Shown here: piece after piece, positions 38,040 to 51,822 of the stretch
Layout of the letters: each line of letters opens with the position of its first letter
How positions within the stretch are numbered: position 1 is the first letter of the stretch
Assembly: GCA_030390025.1 (NCBI GenBank)
Contig: CM059432.1
Coordinates: 79,114,001 to 79,178,000, forward strand
From: Squalus acanthias
Lineage: Eukaryota
Direction: 5' to 3'
Length of the DNA: 64,000 bases
Position numbers and translations under genes: made by a program
The notes under the pieces: generated by a model
Told to the model about the DNA's origin: nothing
Database searches by the model: none
The model's input: only the letters and a program-made list of their open reading frames with translations

Positions 38040-38640
38040 CTGTGTACAAAACAATATCACCTCTTTTGATTTATACTTCTGGTGCTTCCCAACATGACCT
38101 TTTGCACCATTCACACCTTCACTGCCATCAACGCATTATCCACACTTTCATCACCACTAAACGCTATTTTCTTCAGTGCCCTACTCACCAGCCACCCGGC
38201 CTCCACTCTCCACACACTGCATCTTGTCCAAAGCTCTGCTTCCTGTTCTATACCAAGTCCACCCATCACCCTTACCTTTTCTGATCTACACTGACTCCCT
38301 GTCCCCCAACACATTGAATTTAAAATCCTCATCTACAAATCTCTCACTTCACTTTACCTCTGCAACCTCCTCCAGCCTTCTGTATCCTCTGACTGGCCAC
38401 CACTGTATTCTCCGCTTTAACATTGGCAGTGGAGCCTTCAGACGTCTTGGCCTTTCCTTAATGAACTCCCTCACTGCTCCATCCTCAAAAGCCCCCGCAA
38501 AACCTATCTCTTTTGACCAAGCCATTGATGACCTCACCAGTCCCCCACAAAGGTTCAACATCAGTTCCTGGCTTCCTCTGTGAAGTGCCTTGGAACTTAT
38601 TTCTACATTAAAACGGCTATATAAATGCAAATTGTTGTTA
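38040..38640 (+). mobile_element. Old L2 3' fragment
   Basis: TTTAAAATCCTCATC core and tail CTATATAAATGCAAATTGTTG. Confidence 0.6.
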
Positions 38641-38784
38641 CGCAACTCAATACCTTGTTTCTCAGTTTTACAGCAGCCATGCTTTGAGCTGATAACTTCC
38701 ACAATAACCTCTTTCCTGCTTTATTGCTACACCAGTAAAATTTCTTGAGGTCCTTCTACGCTGTCAGCAATCATCTGGGTAAAA

Positions 38785-39230
38785 GAAAGAACCTGCATTT
38801 AAAAAGCACCTTTCACATCCTCAGGATTTCCCAAACACATTATAGCCAATGAGTTACTTTTGAAGTACGATCACTGTTTTGAAGGCAAACACAGCAGCCA
38901 ATTTGCACAAAACAAGGTCCCACTAACGGTCATGAGATGAATGACCAGTTAAACTTTTTCTTTGATGGTGTTGGCCAGGACACTGGATAAATGTTGACCA
39001 GGACACCGGGTGAACTTCCCTGTTCTTCAATTGTTTTGGAATCTTTTACACCACCTAAGCAGGCAGATGGGCCCTTGGTTTAACATCTCATTGGAAAGAA
39101 AGCACCTCCAATAATGCAGTACTTCTTCAGTGCACTGAAGATAATGTGCTCAAGTCCTGGGGTGTGACTTAAACTCACAACCGTCTGATTCAGAGAAGAG
39201 CGTGCTACCACTGAGCCAGGGCTGATGACA
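38785..39230 (-). mobile_element. Deu-domain SINE with tRNA-like head
   Basis: GCAGCCAATTTGCACA..AAGGTCCCAC; head on the minus strand TGGCTCAGTGGTAGCACGC. Confidence 0.65.
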
Positions 39231-40739
39231 TAGCTGTCCTTGTTACTCATCTCTCTGGCTGCATGCTGTTTTATCACCAGTTCTTTTTTTAAAAGCAAAG
39301 TACATCATCGCTTTGAACACTGAATTGGGTACAATAATTTTAAACATTTCTGATGATTCTGGTTACAATGACAGATTTATTGCTGTCAAAATACTATTTT
39401 GGTTCTTTACACTTAATTGCACAACTTCAATGTTCTTGTCTCCAGATTATTCTGGATGGGGTTTTTTTATCATTGATATTGGAAGAAGGCTGCAACACTG
39501 CATCTTATACACTGAAAATTACAGTGAATAATGTAATTTCCCCAAACGTTTGAGGGAAAGGCCAATATAATGTCTTTAAATGCTGATTTTATTCTCACTT
39601 GATTGACTTCTGTCTCCAACCTGTAAAGTTACCATTTGAATTTCTTGTTTTTTCACAAATTTGAATATATTTCTGATCATTCTAAATGGGCAGTAATAGT
39701 GCTAAACTCTGCATTCTTTAAATAGCATCTTATGCCTCATTTATACTGCAGCTTCTGGGCTCAGATCAGTAGCTGCAGTATTGGTTTCAGTCAGCCACTA
39801 CCCCATTTATACCACATGACTGGAATTCCAATTCTCAGCCCAGCAGAGAGTTCTCAACATGCATGGTTCCACATGTGCAGAACTGTTCTTCAGCTGTTAA
39901 AATTTAAATGTGTAGAAAGGTCAGGCAGCCAATTTAAGCATTTAAATTATACCAAGTAAGTTAGTGTCCAGGAGGTTCGAGAGACTCCTTGGGTACTTTT
40001 TAATCCCTGTTTGCCACCGCGCAGGAGTTGCACATCAAACCCAAGCAGTGTGAGACTGTCCCTCCAAGATGCCCGGTTGATATTGTATACTTGTATTTTC
40101 AAAAGTTTTTCACAAGGTGCCACACAATCGGCTACATTTTCAGGTAGAGCCCTGTGGGATTGGCGAGATACTGAGATGTATGCAAGTTAATGGAAACATT
40201 CATTTAAGTTTCATATGTGACATGCAAGGTCTATGGTATTTCCCTAAGTGGCCCAAAAAGACTAAAGTTTGGACTAAATCTGATTTTAGTGTTGGATGAG
40301 GGAGAAGTGCTGACGAAAACACTGGGAGGACTCCCTGCTCTTTGAATACTGCTATGAGATCTTAAAATGCATCAGGACGAGGCAAACAGCAACTCCGTTT
40401 AACATCCTACCAAAGGGCAATTTCCTCAGTATAGCTTTGGAGTGTTGACATAGCTTTTGTGCTCAAGTCCTGAAGTGGGGCTTGAACTCACAATGTTCTG
40501 ACTTAACTTAAGGGTGTTGCCAAGCTGACACTTGTGGGCTAATTTTCCGACTTTGTGTTGAGATACCAGAATTGGAATTACACTATGTACAATTTCTTGA
40601 CCATTTTGGAAAATTGTACAATGCGCAGTTTGGTTTCTGTTATGTGCTGCCAGCGAGTGAGGCTCTCCACATGCAGTGCAAAGTCAGAAAATGACCCCGA
40701 AGTGTTTCAAAGTGCGATGTGAAGGCAAAGTGAGAGCAT

Positions 40740-41465
40740 GGTCCGGATTTTGCAGTGGGTATGGCGACGTACTCTCAGGGTACGCCATCCTACCGCCTTT
40801 GAAATCCACCGCAAGTTCGCACGCGCGAAATCCAGAACTTGCAGTCTGTCAACGCCATCCGCTCCGCCATAGAAAACCTAATTGCTGGTGTAGAGTTGGG
40901 CTATTTGCCCACCAACTGCCTGGCAATTAAGTACGGAAATTTTACGGGCTGGTGGAAACAGGCACAGGGCCTGTTTCCACAGCGAAAGGGGATACCTGAA
41001 ATGAAAAAAATGCTTTTTGTTTAATTAAATGACTCAAAAGCTTTAATGAGAAGCAATCCTAGTGTATGTTAAAGCTGCAGGTTTTTAAAAAACGTTTACA
41101 TTTCATAACTTTCTGCACAGTGCACAGTATTTGTTTAGAAGTGGGAATTATGAGTAATGAATTGGATTCCCATGATATAAGCTAAATCTGTAATGTATTT
41201 TAAAGGCTGTAATAATTAAGTAATGTAGTCATTTAAATGAATGAAAGACAATCTGTTTTCTGATTGGAGGACCAGGCCCACGTGATCCCAGGTAGGCTTC
41301 CACACAGGCTGCGTCCCTGGGATCCGTGGGCCATTACGTTGCCCTCCAACACGCAGCGTCAGAGCACAAGGTTATGCAGGAGGGCCGCCATCGGGTAGGT
41401 GCATATTCTTTTCGCAGGTCAGCAGCGTACTTCGGAGGTACGCCGCCGACCGCAATTTTTGGCCA
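40740..41465. mobile_element. Harbinger-type MITE (diverged)
   Basis: Ends GGTCCGGATTTTGC and GCAATTTTTGGCC; same GC-arm/AT-core layout; contains the reverse complement of the TGGGATCACGTGGG motif seen in the 25-kb copy. Confidence 0.55.
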
Positions 41466-44400
41466 GATGTCGTCTCAGGGAGGAAGAGAAAACTGGTGCA
41501 AAATTTATCGTGAAGTGCTCTTGAATGCCACTTAATGATGAGCTCAAGCAGTACTGGGAGCCTGGAGGTAGACTGCTCTCTCGTCTTAGGTGCATAGGCT
41601 GGTGAGACAAGTAAAGTGAGTAAAATCCAGGGTAGCTTTATTAGAATGTAATGTCATTCCTCAAGAAAACTGAATTAATTCTTTACTTTCTGAAAAATGA
41701 AAGTGTCTGCCTATAGTACACAAGGACCTAAATATCTCCGCATTGAGTCTTGGGGATTTGCAAGCACGTTAAATCCAGAAAGCCAAGGCTTTGCATATTT
41801 CAGCTCTTATCATTGACCTATCTCTTTTCGGAAATTCAGAGACTATTAATGTATTTAGGAGTTTTAAAATGTCTTGTGCTTGGCAGAATCAACCTCTTTA
41901 ATGCAGGATACCAAATGAATGAAGCTCCTTTCTCCTTTATGGTGAGGATTACATTGTTGACTATTGTATTGCAAAATTAGTTTTCTACAGCATTGCACAG
42001 CCTCCCTATGCTCCCAGTGCTGCATACCTGTTCTAGAATAGCTCACATGATGTTTCTCCAATTCTGCACTAGGGTTTTGAATCAATGCTTTCTCGGTGTT
42101 AAGCTCTCTGACGTCTTTTCAGATTGCAATAATAAAAACGAAAGGCCCATCTCCGGCAGTAATGTGGAATGCAGGATCTGGCAGGCTGATCAGATTCAGT
42201 AAAACCTACTTTGATTAGAATTTTAAAAACTTTGCCGATAGTGACCAACAAACTTTTCATAACTGGGTACAATGTATATTGGTACCCACATAAGTGCTGT
42301 TATAGCATTATGTCCTCATTGCAGCGAATGGCTTGATTCTTGGAGCACAGAGATGTATACGATGATCAGTGCTTTAGATCCAGAAAATGAATGCAGAGCT
42401 GTCTTATTTCATCTTGTGGAGAAGTTTTTTTATGGAGCTATACACCAAGTCTATATCCTCTCACCCAGGAAAGCTAGAGATTAGGCCATTCTATTGAATA
42501 ATAGCTCTTAGGTTATCCAGTATCTCTCAAACAGAGCATCGCAATTTGCCTCAATCTACTTTTTGCACTTGTTATCCTGTTTAGTAATATATTGCTGTTG
42601 CTTCATTGCTCTGTGATACAGTGTAGTACAAACTCCAATATGTCTGATTTCTCCAAATACAGCAATGCGAGTTCCTGGCACAACCTGTTAAGTCCAGGCT
42701 TTGTGCCTTCTCTGCAAAGAGAGGAAAATGAAGGGACACTTTTTTTTTCTGGTTTGCCCTTGCACTTGTCCTAGTGGTTAGTTACAGAATGGCTGGCTGG
42801 AACTGCAATCAGGAACTGAATGGTGTGTGGCCAGGCCCAAGGAGACCTTAAAAAGGGAAGGAGAGGAAGTGAAACAACTTCTTGCATTTTTGCATCGGTT
42901 TCCAATTTAAAATGCCCAAATGGTGGTTTTTGTTCTTCTTCATAATTTGAAGGAGAAGCTCAAAAATAAAGTGCAGGTAGTGGAAAACAATGTACAAGAT
43001 CAAAACTTGAGATCCAAAGATGAGACTAAAACAAAAATTTAAATTATTTCTTAGACTCAAGCAACTATATGCATTTCGATGTGTTAGCTTGGTTTCTGGG
43101 GAAAATCTACAGATAACAAGAAATGTTCAGGGGAATTTCTTAAGAACTAAACATCTAAAATTGTAATAGTTCTTGCTATTCTCACGTTGTTATTTTCTAG
43201 TTTTGAAATGTAAGGCACATTATTTGTTGCATAACTGGAACTGGTTTGGGAGCTGCTTACCCTACAAACACTGAAAATTTAGAATGGGTCGAAAAAAATG
43301 GAGACAGAGGCCAAGTGGCAGTCTCTGAGATGATTGCAGAGTTACGGTTACCAGATTTGACAGCATAAATGCCAGGAGCCAGCTCACAGATGTTGGGCTC
43401 CCAGAATCCAAATTACAAGAATTGTATAAAAGCAACTTTTGTTTAACATTTGGAGTTTTATTGTGATTGTTATGTGATTTGTCATTTTTTTCCATGAAGC
43501 TGCTATTCTTTAGATGATGGTGATTGACAGCAGAAGCATTAATGGGCAAAATAAAACTAAAACATTTTAAAAACCAGATATATTAATCAGAAATATGTTA
43601 CTGACTTTAAATGAATAGTGCCATGGAATCTTTTACGTCCACCTTATTACATTTTTAAGACTTTAAAAATTATAAATGGGGAAAGACTACTTCCTCTGCT
43701 TGGATAGTCCACGATGTCATCAATTTAAAATTGTAGCAAAGCGAGTGAGGAGGGAAGTTAGGAGGAATTCCTCAACTCGAGGGTTTTGGAGCATGGAATG
43801 CTCTGCCACAAGCAATGGTTGAGGCAGAGAACATTGCATCTGTTGAGGGAAAATTGGATAATTATTTGAGGCAGAGGAAGATACAGGGTTATGGGGAGAG
43901 AGCAAAGTTGTACAATTAGTTTTGGATTGCTTAAGCAAAAAGCTGGCGCTGTCAAATGTCCTCCTTCTGTGCTATAAATCTCTGGTTCAACCTGAAGAGA
44001 CTAATGGGGCATCGATTCAAGGTCTCATCCCACTTGGGGAGTCAAACCCAAAGTGTAGTCTTTAGTTAAAATGGGGTTAGAGACTGGGGGTATTTGGACA
44101 GGGCACGCAGACAATTCAGTCCACATTTTAAAGGCGTACCTTCTATCCTTTTTTTATAATATTCTGTTATAAATTCCTTTTCCACATTTATAATGGAAAG
44201 TACCTATGCAAACTTTTCATGCTGTAATTATACCCTCCTACCAGTGGTGGCACTGCAACAACTCCATTGTCATTCTAGCCTGACAAGTTTACATAGGCAC
44301 TTTTCACTATAAATGTGGATAAATGAATTTATAATGGAAGAGGTTAATGGGCAGTGCATGCATATGTAAGATTTTTAATATATTATAGTTGGAGGTATTT

Positions 44401-45056
44401 GTGATTTGACTAAAGTTCTCAATAGTGTTTGTACTTTCAGGAAAGTGAGATTCCTGCTGTGAAACCTAAAATAAAATGGGCATTATCACAATTTCAGTGG
44501 TTTAACCATTGTTGTACTTTCATAGATATCTGTGGTATTTTATATTGAAAATAACTCGGGCGAGCAGTCTGTTGCATCTTTATAAGGCAGTCTCACAGTG
44601 GGTTAGTGCCCCAATACCGTGATCCGTGAAGAGGTAGAAAGAAAGAACTTGGATTTATATCATGCCTTTCACGTCCTCAGAACACTTCAAAGTGGTTCAC
44701 AGCCAATGCATTACTTCCAAAATGTTGTCACTGTTATGTAGGCAAAAGCGGCAGCCAATTTGCACACAGCATTCAACACTGCTTTAGGAGGAGACGATCC
44801 GGTTTGACCAGCTTCCTTAGTTTCTTTGAGGAAGTGACAACTCAATTCAACTATGGTAAACTTTACATTACAACAGTGACTACACTACAAAAGTTGGGGA
44901 GACCAAACGCAGATTGGGTGACCGCTTTGCGGAACACCTCCGTTCAGTCCGTAAGGGTGACCCCGAGCTTCCGGTCGCTTGTCATTTTAATTCACCTCTC
45001 CACGTCCACTCAGACCTCGAGTTCAACACTTTCAGATCATAACCTCGGCCCCTACC

Positions 45057-45118
<62 letters not shown>
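45057..45118. repeat. (CATA)n(TA)n microsatellite
   Basis: Direct inspection. Confidence 0.95.
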
Positions 45119-45121
<3 letters not shown>

Positions 45122-45379
45122 ATCCACCCTTTTGGTTTGTGCCTTTTCCCTTTTTTTCTCTCTCCCCGCCCCCCCCCCAACGGCAGCTGTCTCTCATTCT
45201 GCCAGCATTTCACACTTCTGAGCCACCTTTTGTTTCTTAACCTGTCCTATTACCATCTCGTCTTGCCTTGAGCATCTCTTAATGTCTCTACTTACCATAG
45301 ACCACCCCTTTTGTTCTTTTATTCCTCCCCCCAGCCTCCCCCTTGCTTTTTTATCTGTTTCATTTCCTGCTTTTTTCTC

Positions 45380-45415
45380 AGTTCTGACGAAGGGTTTCGA
45401 CCTGAAACGTTAACT
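45380..45415 (+). ncRNA. Minimal type I hammerhead ribozyme motif
   Basis: AGTT-CTGACGA-A-GGGT(TTCG)ACCT-GAAA-CG-TT-AACT: stem I AGTT/AACT, stem II with a UUCG loop, palindromic stem III ACGT. Confidence 0.75.
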
Positions 45416-47969
45416 CTGTTTCTCTCTCCACGGATGTTGCCTGGCCTGCTGAGTTTTTCCAGCGTTTTCTGTTGTTGATACAAAAGTATTTCATTGGCTG
45501 TGAAGCACTTTGGAATGTCCTGATATGGTGAAATGCAAATCGTTCCTTTTCTTACTTTCCTTTCTCCTTCCTTCTTCCTTCATTGTACTTTGCGTACTGT
45601 GTCCAATTCCAATCACCAAGAGAGCCATTCAACTGCTGGAAGCAGTGCAGAGGAGAGCAACAAGACTGATCCTCAGTGTTGGCGTCTGACTTATGAGGCA
45701 AGAGTGGAGAGACTTGAGCTTTTTCAGCCTGAAAAGGAGGCATCTGAAAATTAATTTTGTAGTGGTAAATAAGATAGCAAATGGTTTGGTAAAAGTTCAT
45801 CTGGAATACTTTAAATTAAACTGGAAGTAGGACAAGGGGACATGGGTTCAAAGTATTAGAAGGTAACTTTAGGACTGGTATCCGGACGTAGTTCTTCATG
45901 CAAAGGTCAATCAATACTTTGGGAGTGATGGAGGTGAAAACCGTAGAATCATGTGGCAGTTTAGGGTTGTTCTGGATGGATGAATTAAGATGGACCAAAT
46001 GGCCTTCCTCATCCATACGTATCTTGTAGTCAGCCTCCCTCTGTCCACTTTCAGATTCCTTATATCATAGTCCATATCAATGCTACCTATCACGACTCTG
46101 GATCACAAGCATTTTTAAAATAGTTTTAAAAAGAGTGGACTTAATTGATACCTTATTAGCTTGATCCAACAGTTACTGTTTCTTCTGGATGATGGAAAAA
46201 TCACTGAATAAAATAGTTACTAGATGGAAACTTCTTGTCTTCTGAACCACAGCATCTTCTGTATGAGGAAGCTTCAGAGAATCATTTTGCAAAAAAAGTC
46301 TGGCCTTTTTTTGTTGAAACAGACATTTCCCTTTAATAATTATTGGGTCTTCAAAGTTTTTAGATTTTAGAAACCTGTGAAGAGTTGCTCAAAACATTGA
46401 TATTTAGATAACATCATCTTATGAGTTACAGATATGTAGCACCGTACTGAGCAAGGGAAGAATCTGGTGGCACAAATTGCTGACCATGAACATAAGATGT
46501 AGTCTGCTCTACTAAGATCAACTATTTTTCAGTTATCAAATATTTTATATTGTTGAACAAATGCAATCTCTTTATACAATAGCAAAATACTGCGGATGCT
46601 GGAAATCTGAAATAAAAACAGAAAATGCTGGAAATACTCAGCAGGCCAGGTCTGGGACCCTTCATCAGAACTTATAATCTCTTTATAGTTGCCCAACTCT
46701 CTATATCTTGGATATTTGCTTAGAGATGCAGGATCTATCTGTAGCTGTGCATAAGTTTAATCAGTACATAATTGTGTTTCTCCATCAGTTGAACATTTCA
46801 CACGGTCTGACTTGAGTAACTGGAACAAGCAAAGGTAGTAAACATCTCATAAATATTTAATGAGAAAACTACTAATATAATAATTCCTAAATGCCTATGC
46901 CTTCATTGGGATTTGTATCCTACATGTTCAATTGCACTTGAAATGTAAAAAGTTAAATGTGTCACAGGCTTTACTGCAATCTTATTTTTCCATTTTGCTA
47001 AGTATTTTTAATAATTGTTACTTTTGTTTTTAGGTGTATGGGTGTAGTGCTTTGGTTGTCAAATTTTTGAATTATGAATTTTCTTTTTGTATCTTCAGGA
47101 GACTCAAATGTTGCTACTTTTTTAAAAGGGCAAGTTACCATTCTATAATAGATTTCTGATGAAAAATAGATTTATATATAGAATAGTGGAAAGAGAGGAC
47201 TGATTAAAATGCTGGAATTTAATTGAGATAATGCCATAAGCCATGTTGGCTCAGCTGAATCCCAAGACAAGTATAGCCTTGCAATCACTTTTTATTTATT
47301 ATTATTTTAAAATGTTTTGGTTAGCTATATAAAAATGGCTTTCCTTGTTGATTATTTAAAATAAAAGATTGACGTAAGTAGATTGATCTGGACTCTTCAG
47401 TTCATTTAGCTGCTCTGACATTGTAGCTACTCATTTTCTTACTTGCATCTGTCATATTTTCATTAGTAGGGAGTTTGTAATGTTTCAGAACATGGATTTC
47501 TTCATCGCTTATGCCAAATCTGCTCTTGTGATTGGGCATTATGAGTAGTGATTTGAGAGGAGCAGATGGATATTGTTAGTTTTTGTTACCTGGTTTTGGG
47601 CTATTCAATTAATTCACTGGAGCTGAAAAAAGGACTTGATTCAGCTAGTTAATATGAGGAATTCAGTGCCCTGGAAATGAATGGTATGAAATTTGTAAAT
47701 ACTTTTTTTTTTCAAGTAAAAAATAGTGTCTCATATTTTCCTGCAAACCAGTCATGTAGCACCATTGAATTTGGTAACCATGAGGGAGGATTGATCTGGC
47801 TCATTCATCCTTGCCGAAAGGTGTGGGAAATGGAAGGTTGTAAAAGGAGAAAAAATGTATTGGTAGATTTAATCTTTTGATGTACTTTCTAGTATTTCTA
47901 AATGGTGATTTTTCTCTGATTAAATGTGCAGTTTACAGTTTTCTGGTATTTTAATGTTTTTGTCGATAA

Positions 47970-48375
47970 TAACTTGCATTTATATAGCGCCTTTAATGTA
48001 ATAAAACCTCCCGAGATGCTTCACAGGTGCATTCAGACAAAAATTGACACCGAGCCAAAGAAAGACTTGCATTTATATAGCGCCGTTCACGACCACCGGA
48101 TGTCCCAAAGCGCTTTACAGTCAATGAAGTACTTTTTGAAGTGTAGTCACTGTTGTAATGTAGGAAACGTGGCAGCCAATTTGCGCACAGCAAGGTCCCA
48201 CTAACAGCATTGTGTTAATGACCAGATAATCTGTTTGTAGTGATGTTGATTGAGGGATAAATATTGCCTAGGACACCGGGGATAACTCCCCTGTTCTTCT
48301 TCGAAATCGTGCCTTAGGATCTCTAATGTCCACGTGAGCGGGCAGACGAGGCCTCGGTTTAACATCTCATCCGAA
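47970..48375 (-). mobile_element. Deu-domain SINE (well preserved) inserted in an L2 tail
   Basis: ACTTGCATTTATATAGCGCC..GGCAGCCAATTTGCGCACAGCAAGGTCCCAC..GGCCTCGGTTTAACATCTCATCCGAAAG. Confidence 0.75.
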
Positions 48376-49660
48376 AGAAAGGAGACATTAGGACAGGTGT
48401 CCAAAAGTTTGTTTTATGGAGGGTCTTAAAGGAGGAGAGAGAGTTGGAGAGGCCTGGGGAGGGAATTCCAGAGCTTGGGGCCTAGATGACTGAAGACATG
48501 GCCATCAATTATGGGGTGAAGGATGTTGGGGATGGACAAGAGGCCAGAGTTGGAGGAATGCAGAGTTCTGAGGGTTGTAGGGCTGGAGGAGGTTACTGAG
48601 ATGGGGAGGGGTGAGGGCACATAGGGATTTAAACACAAGAATGAGAATTTTAAATTGGAGGCTTTAGTGGACTGGGAGCCAGTGTAGGTCACCGAGCACA
48701 GATGGGTGAATGGAACTTGATACAACTTAGGATACGGGTAGTAGACTTGGGATGAACTTAAGTTATGGAAGATGGGAGGCCGGCCAGGAAAGCATTGGAA
48801 TAGTCGAGTCTGGAGGTAACAAAAGCATGGTTGAGGGTTTCAGCAGCAGATGGATTAAGGCGGGGCAGAGATGGATGATGTTACGGAGGTGGAAGTAAGT
48901 GGTCTTGGTGATGGAGAAGATAAGGGGTCGGAAGCTCATCTCGGGGTCAAATAGTTAGCCAAGGTTGCAAACAATCTGGTTCAGCCTGAGACGGTGGCCA
49001 GGAAGGGGGATGGAATTGTTGGTTGGGGAACAGAGTTTGTGGCAGGGACCGAAGACGGTGACTTTGGTCTGTCTTAAGTGGAGGAAATTTCTGCTCATCC
49101 AGGACTGGATAACCCAGAGGCAGTGGAGTGGTTGAAAGGGATGGTGGTGAGGTAGAGCTGGGTGGCATCCGCATACATTTGGAACCTGATGTCATGTCTT
49201 CGGATGATGTTGCTGAGGGGCAGCAGGTAGATGAGAAAAAGGAGGAGACCAAGGATAGATCCTTGGAAGACTCCAGAGGTAATGGTGTGGGGGCAAGAAG
49301 AGAATCCATTGCAGGAAATTATCTGGCTACAACTGGATAGGTAAGAGTGGAACCAGGTGAGGGTGGTCCCACTGAGCTAGACAATGGAGGAGATGCTTCG
49401 GCGGAGGATGGTGTGGTCAACCGTGTGAAAGGCTGCAGAGAGATCGAAGGATAAGGCGGGATAGTGCACCACAGTCACATAGAATGTCATTTGTGACTTT
49501 GATTAGGGTCGTTTCATTGCTGTGGCATGGCAGAAACCTGATTGGAGAGGTTCAAACACGGAGTTCCGGGAAAGATGGGCACAGATTTGGAGGTGATGAC
49601 ACGTTCAAGGACTTTGGAGAGGAAAGGGAGGTTGGAGATGGGGTGATAGTTTGCACATTG
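48376..49660 (-). mobile_element. L2 LINE 3' region
   Basis: Reverse complement of the L2 at 2365-3265 plus upstream RT-region sequence shared with 18.4-19.1 kb. Confidence 0.85.
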
Positions 49661-51088
49661 GTCTAACTGGACATTCACTCGTCAGACTGGGCATAAATAC
49701 ATTCTGAATTTGGATGGAGAGTCATTGACAGGCAGCTGCTGAACAAAGACGACAGTTATACCACCACTTTGAGTTGAAGCAGTTTTAGGTGCATTTTAAT
49801 AGAAAAGTCTCGATTGTAATTTGGGAGTCAGGTTTCAATTTGACTCCTGAGCTCATTTAAAGCCTAGTGGTGTGACTCACACTAGTTGTCCCAAGTGCAT
49901 ATAACTTTAGTCTGGCATGAAGCCAGATTTGAAACAATGCCCAGGCAGTCCACATAATTTTATTTTTTGACAATATTAGGAAGAAACAGATACTCCCATC
50001 TGCACTATTTTAACATTAAAAATGAGCTCTCAAGGTAGCAGAACTCTGCACGTGTGTCCAATGTTCCTTTGCTGCTGACCTTTTTGCAGTCTGCAGTGAT
50101 GTGCAAGTGGCAGTATAGCTCTGATCTGCCAGCTGAACATTGCAGTCTAGAACTACTGGCTTGAGAACAGTAGCTGCAGCAGTCTTTTTTTATCGAGCAA
50201 TTCCTATGTTCCTAATATATATTTCCTGAGGTTCTGTGCCCAACACTAAATGCAGTACTCCAATGGGGTTTGACCCAGGCTCTGTACAACTAAAGCATGA
50301 CTTCCAAACTTTTGAATTCCAACCTTCTGGAGATAAAGGCTAACATTTAATTAGCCTATTTGATTACTTTTTGCATTTAGTTATTTGTGTACATGGATGT
50401 ATAATTCACTTTACTCCTCCACAGCTCCGAGCCTCTTACCAGTAAGAAAATATTCAGATTTGTCTTTCTCGGATCCCTTTCATGGCCTCCACCTTCCTAT
50501 CTCCTCCAGCCCTACACTCTCCTCCAGCTTCTTCTGCACCGTCCCTTCCCCTTTCATCCCACTATGCTTTTAGCAGCCTAGCCCCCCCGCTCTGAAATTC
50601 CCTCCCTAAACCTTCCACTTCCGCCTCCTTCTTTAAGACCATCCTTAAAACCCACCTCTTTGAAGCTTTTGGTCACCCCTCCTAATATCTCCTCCTTTGG
50701 TTCAGTGAGTTTTTCTCTCTTACACCTCTCTACGTTAAAGGTTCTATATAAATACTTGTTTATTATTATTACTGGCAATGGTGAAGGTTTGAGAGCAGAT
50801 CTCCCTTGGCTGCCAACAGGAAACAGGATGAAAAAAGGAAGGGATCTGAAGAAAAACAACTGGCTACAAAAAAAATCCTTTGGTTACTGAAAAATGCACA
50901 GGTAGTTTAATCCACAATATCTAAAAGATCTGATGATTTTTAATTTATTGTTATGTTTGGCTAATGTTGTTGAATTTCTTGAGCAGAAATAATATTTTAT
51001 CTATCATGTTAAAAATGATATGGTCACAAAATTCCAAAGATATTGCACCTATAGGTGGCATTGTGAGCATAATGTTACATGACATAAT

Positions 51089-51822
51089 AGCCCAGATTTT
51101 GTGTTAGCAATAAATGTGTGGCTATCAGCGCTCACCGTTATTAAGGAGTAAATCGGACAGCAACTTCCAGCGTCTGTACATGCGCAATTAAATGTGGAAA
51201 TTAGGAAGTTGCTGTCCGAGAGACTCTGCATTTAAACACATGAAGGGCGTGAAGTTGTGGTACTTGCCCACTGGATACCCACTAAACACGCCTGAAAAAG
51301 TTAGGGCTTGTCAAGTGTAAGTGAATTTTTAATGGAGTGATGAGTCTTAATTTCTACCAAACAACCTCTCTGGCACTGAAAATTTACTTTTACAAGTGTG
51401 GAGTCTCATTCCTTCAGATTTTAATTATTGTTGGAGATGTTTTTTTAAATTTAAAATTAAAATAAAACTTTTTTTTACTTTTTCTTTGTCTCTTTTATCT
51501 CTCTCTTAATCCCATCTTTCTCTCCCCCTTAATTTCACCTTCTGTGCATGATTTTACATTGAATTAAATATTCTAACTTACACTTCCTGGTTTAGACTCT
51601 GCGTGCCTCAGTAACGATTCTTCAATTTGATTAGTTGAAGAGCTGCGCTGTTGCTTGTCCTGTTCACACAGGTCCCAGATCCCTTGTAGAGGACGCTGTG
51701 CTGTATCAGGCTCCTGATGACCGTAAGTTGCCGCTCAAAAGCCCACGAAAAGTCTGTGCGCAGCTGCAAGCGTAATGAACGGTGAGGGCCGTTCGTTCGC
51801 CGCTTACTGCAAAATCCAGGCC
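51089..51822. mobile_element. Harbinger-type MITE (diverged)
   Basis: Ends AGCCCAGATTTTGTGTTAG and CTTACTGCAAAATCCAGGCC; about 735 bp with an AT-rich core. Confidence 0.55.

Larger units (their letters stand above)
44895..45478 (+). mobile_element. Penelope-like element family 2: GIY-YIG remnant + 3' repeat with hammerhead, 9-bp TSD
   Basis: GETKRRLGDRFAEHLRSVRKGDPELPVACHFNSP; TSD TACAAAAGT at 44886-94 and 45479-87; inserted in a Deu-SINE. Confidence 0.8.
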
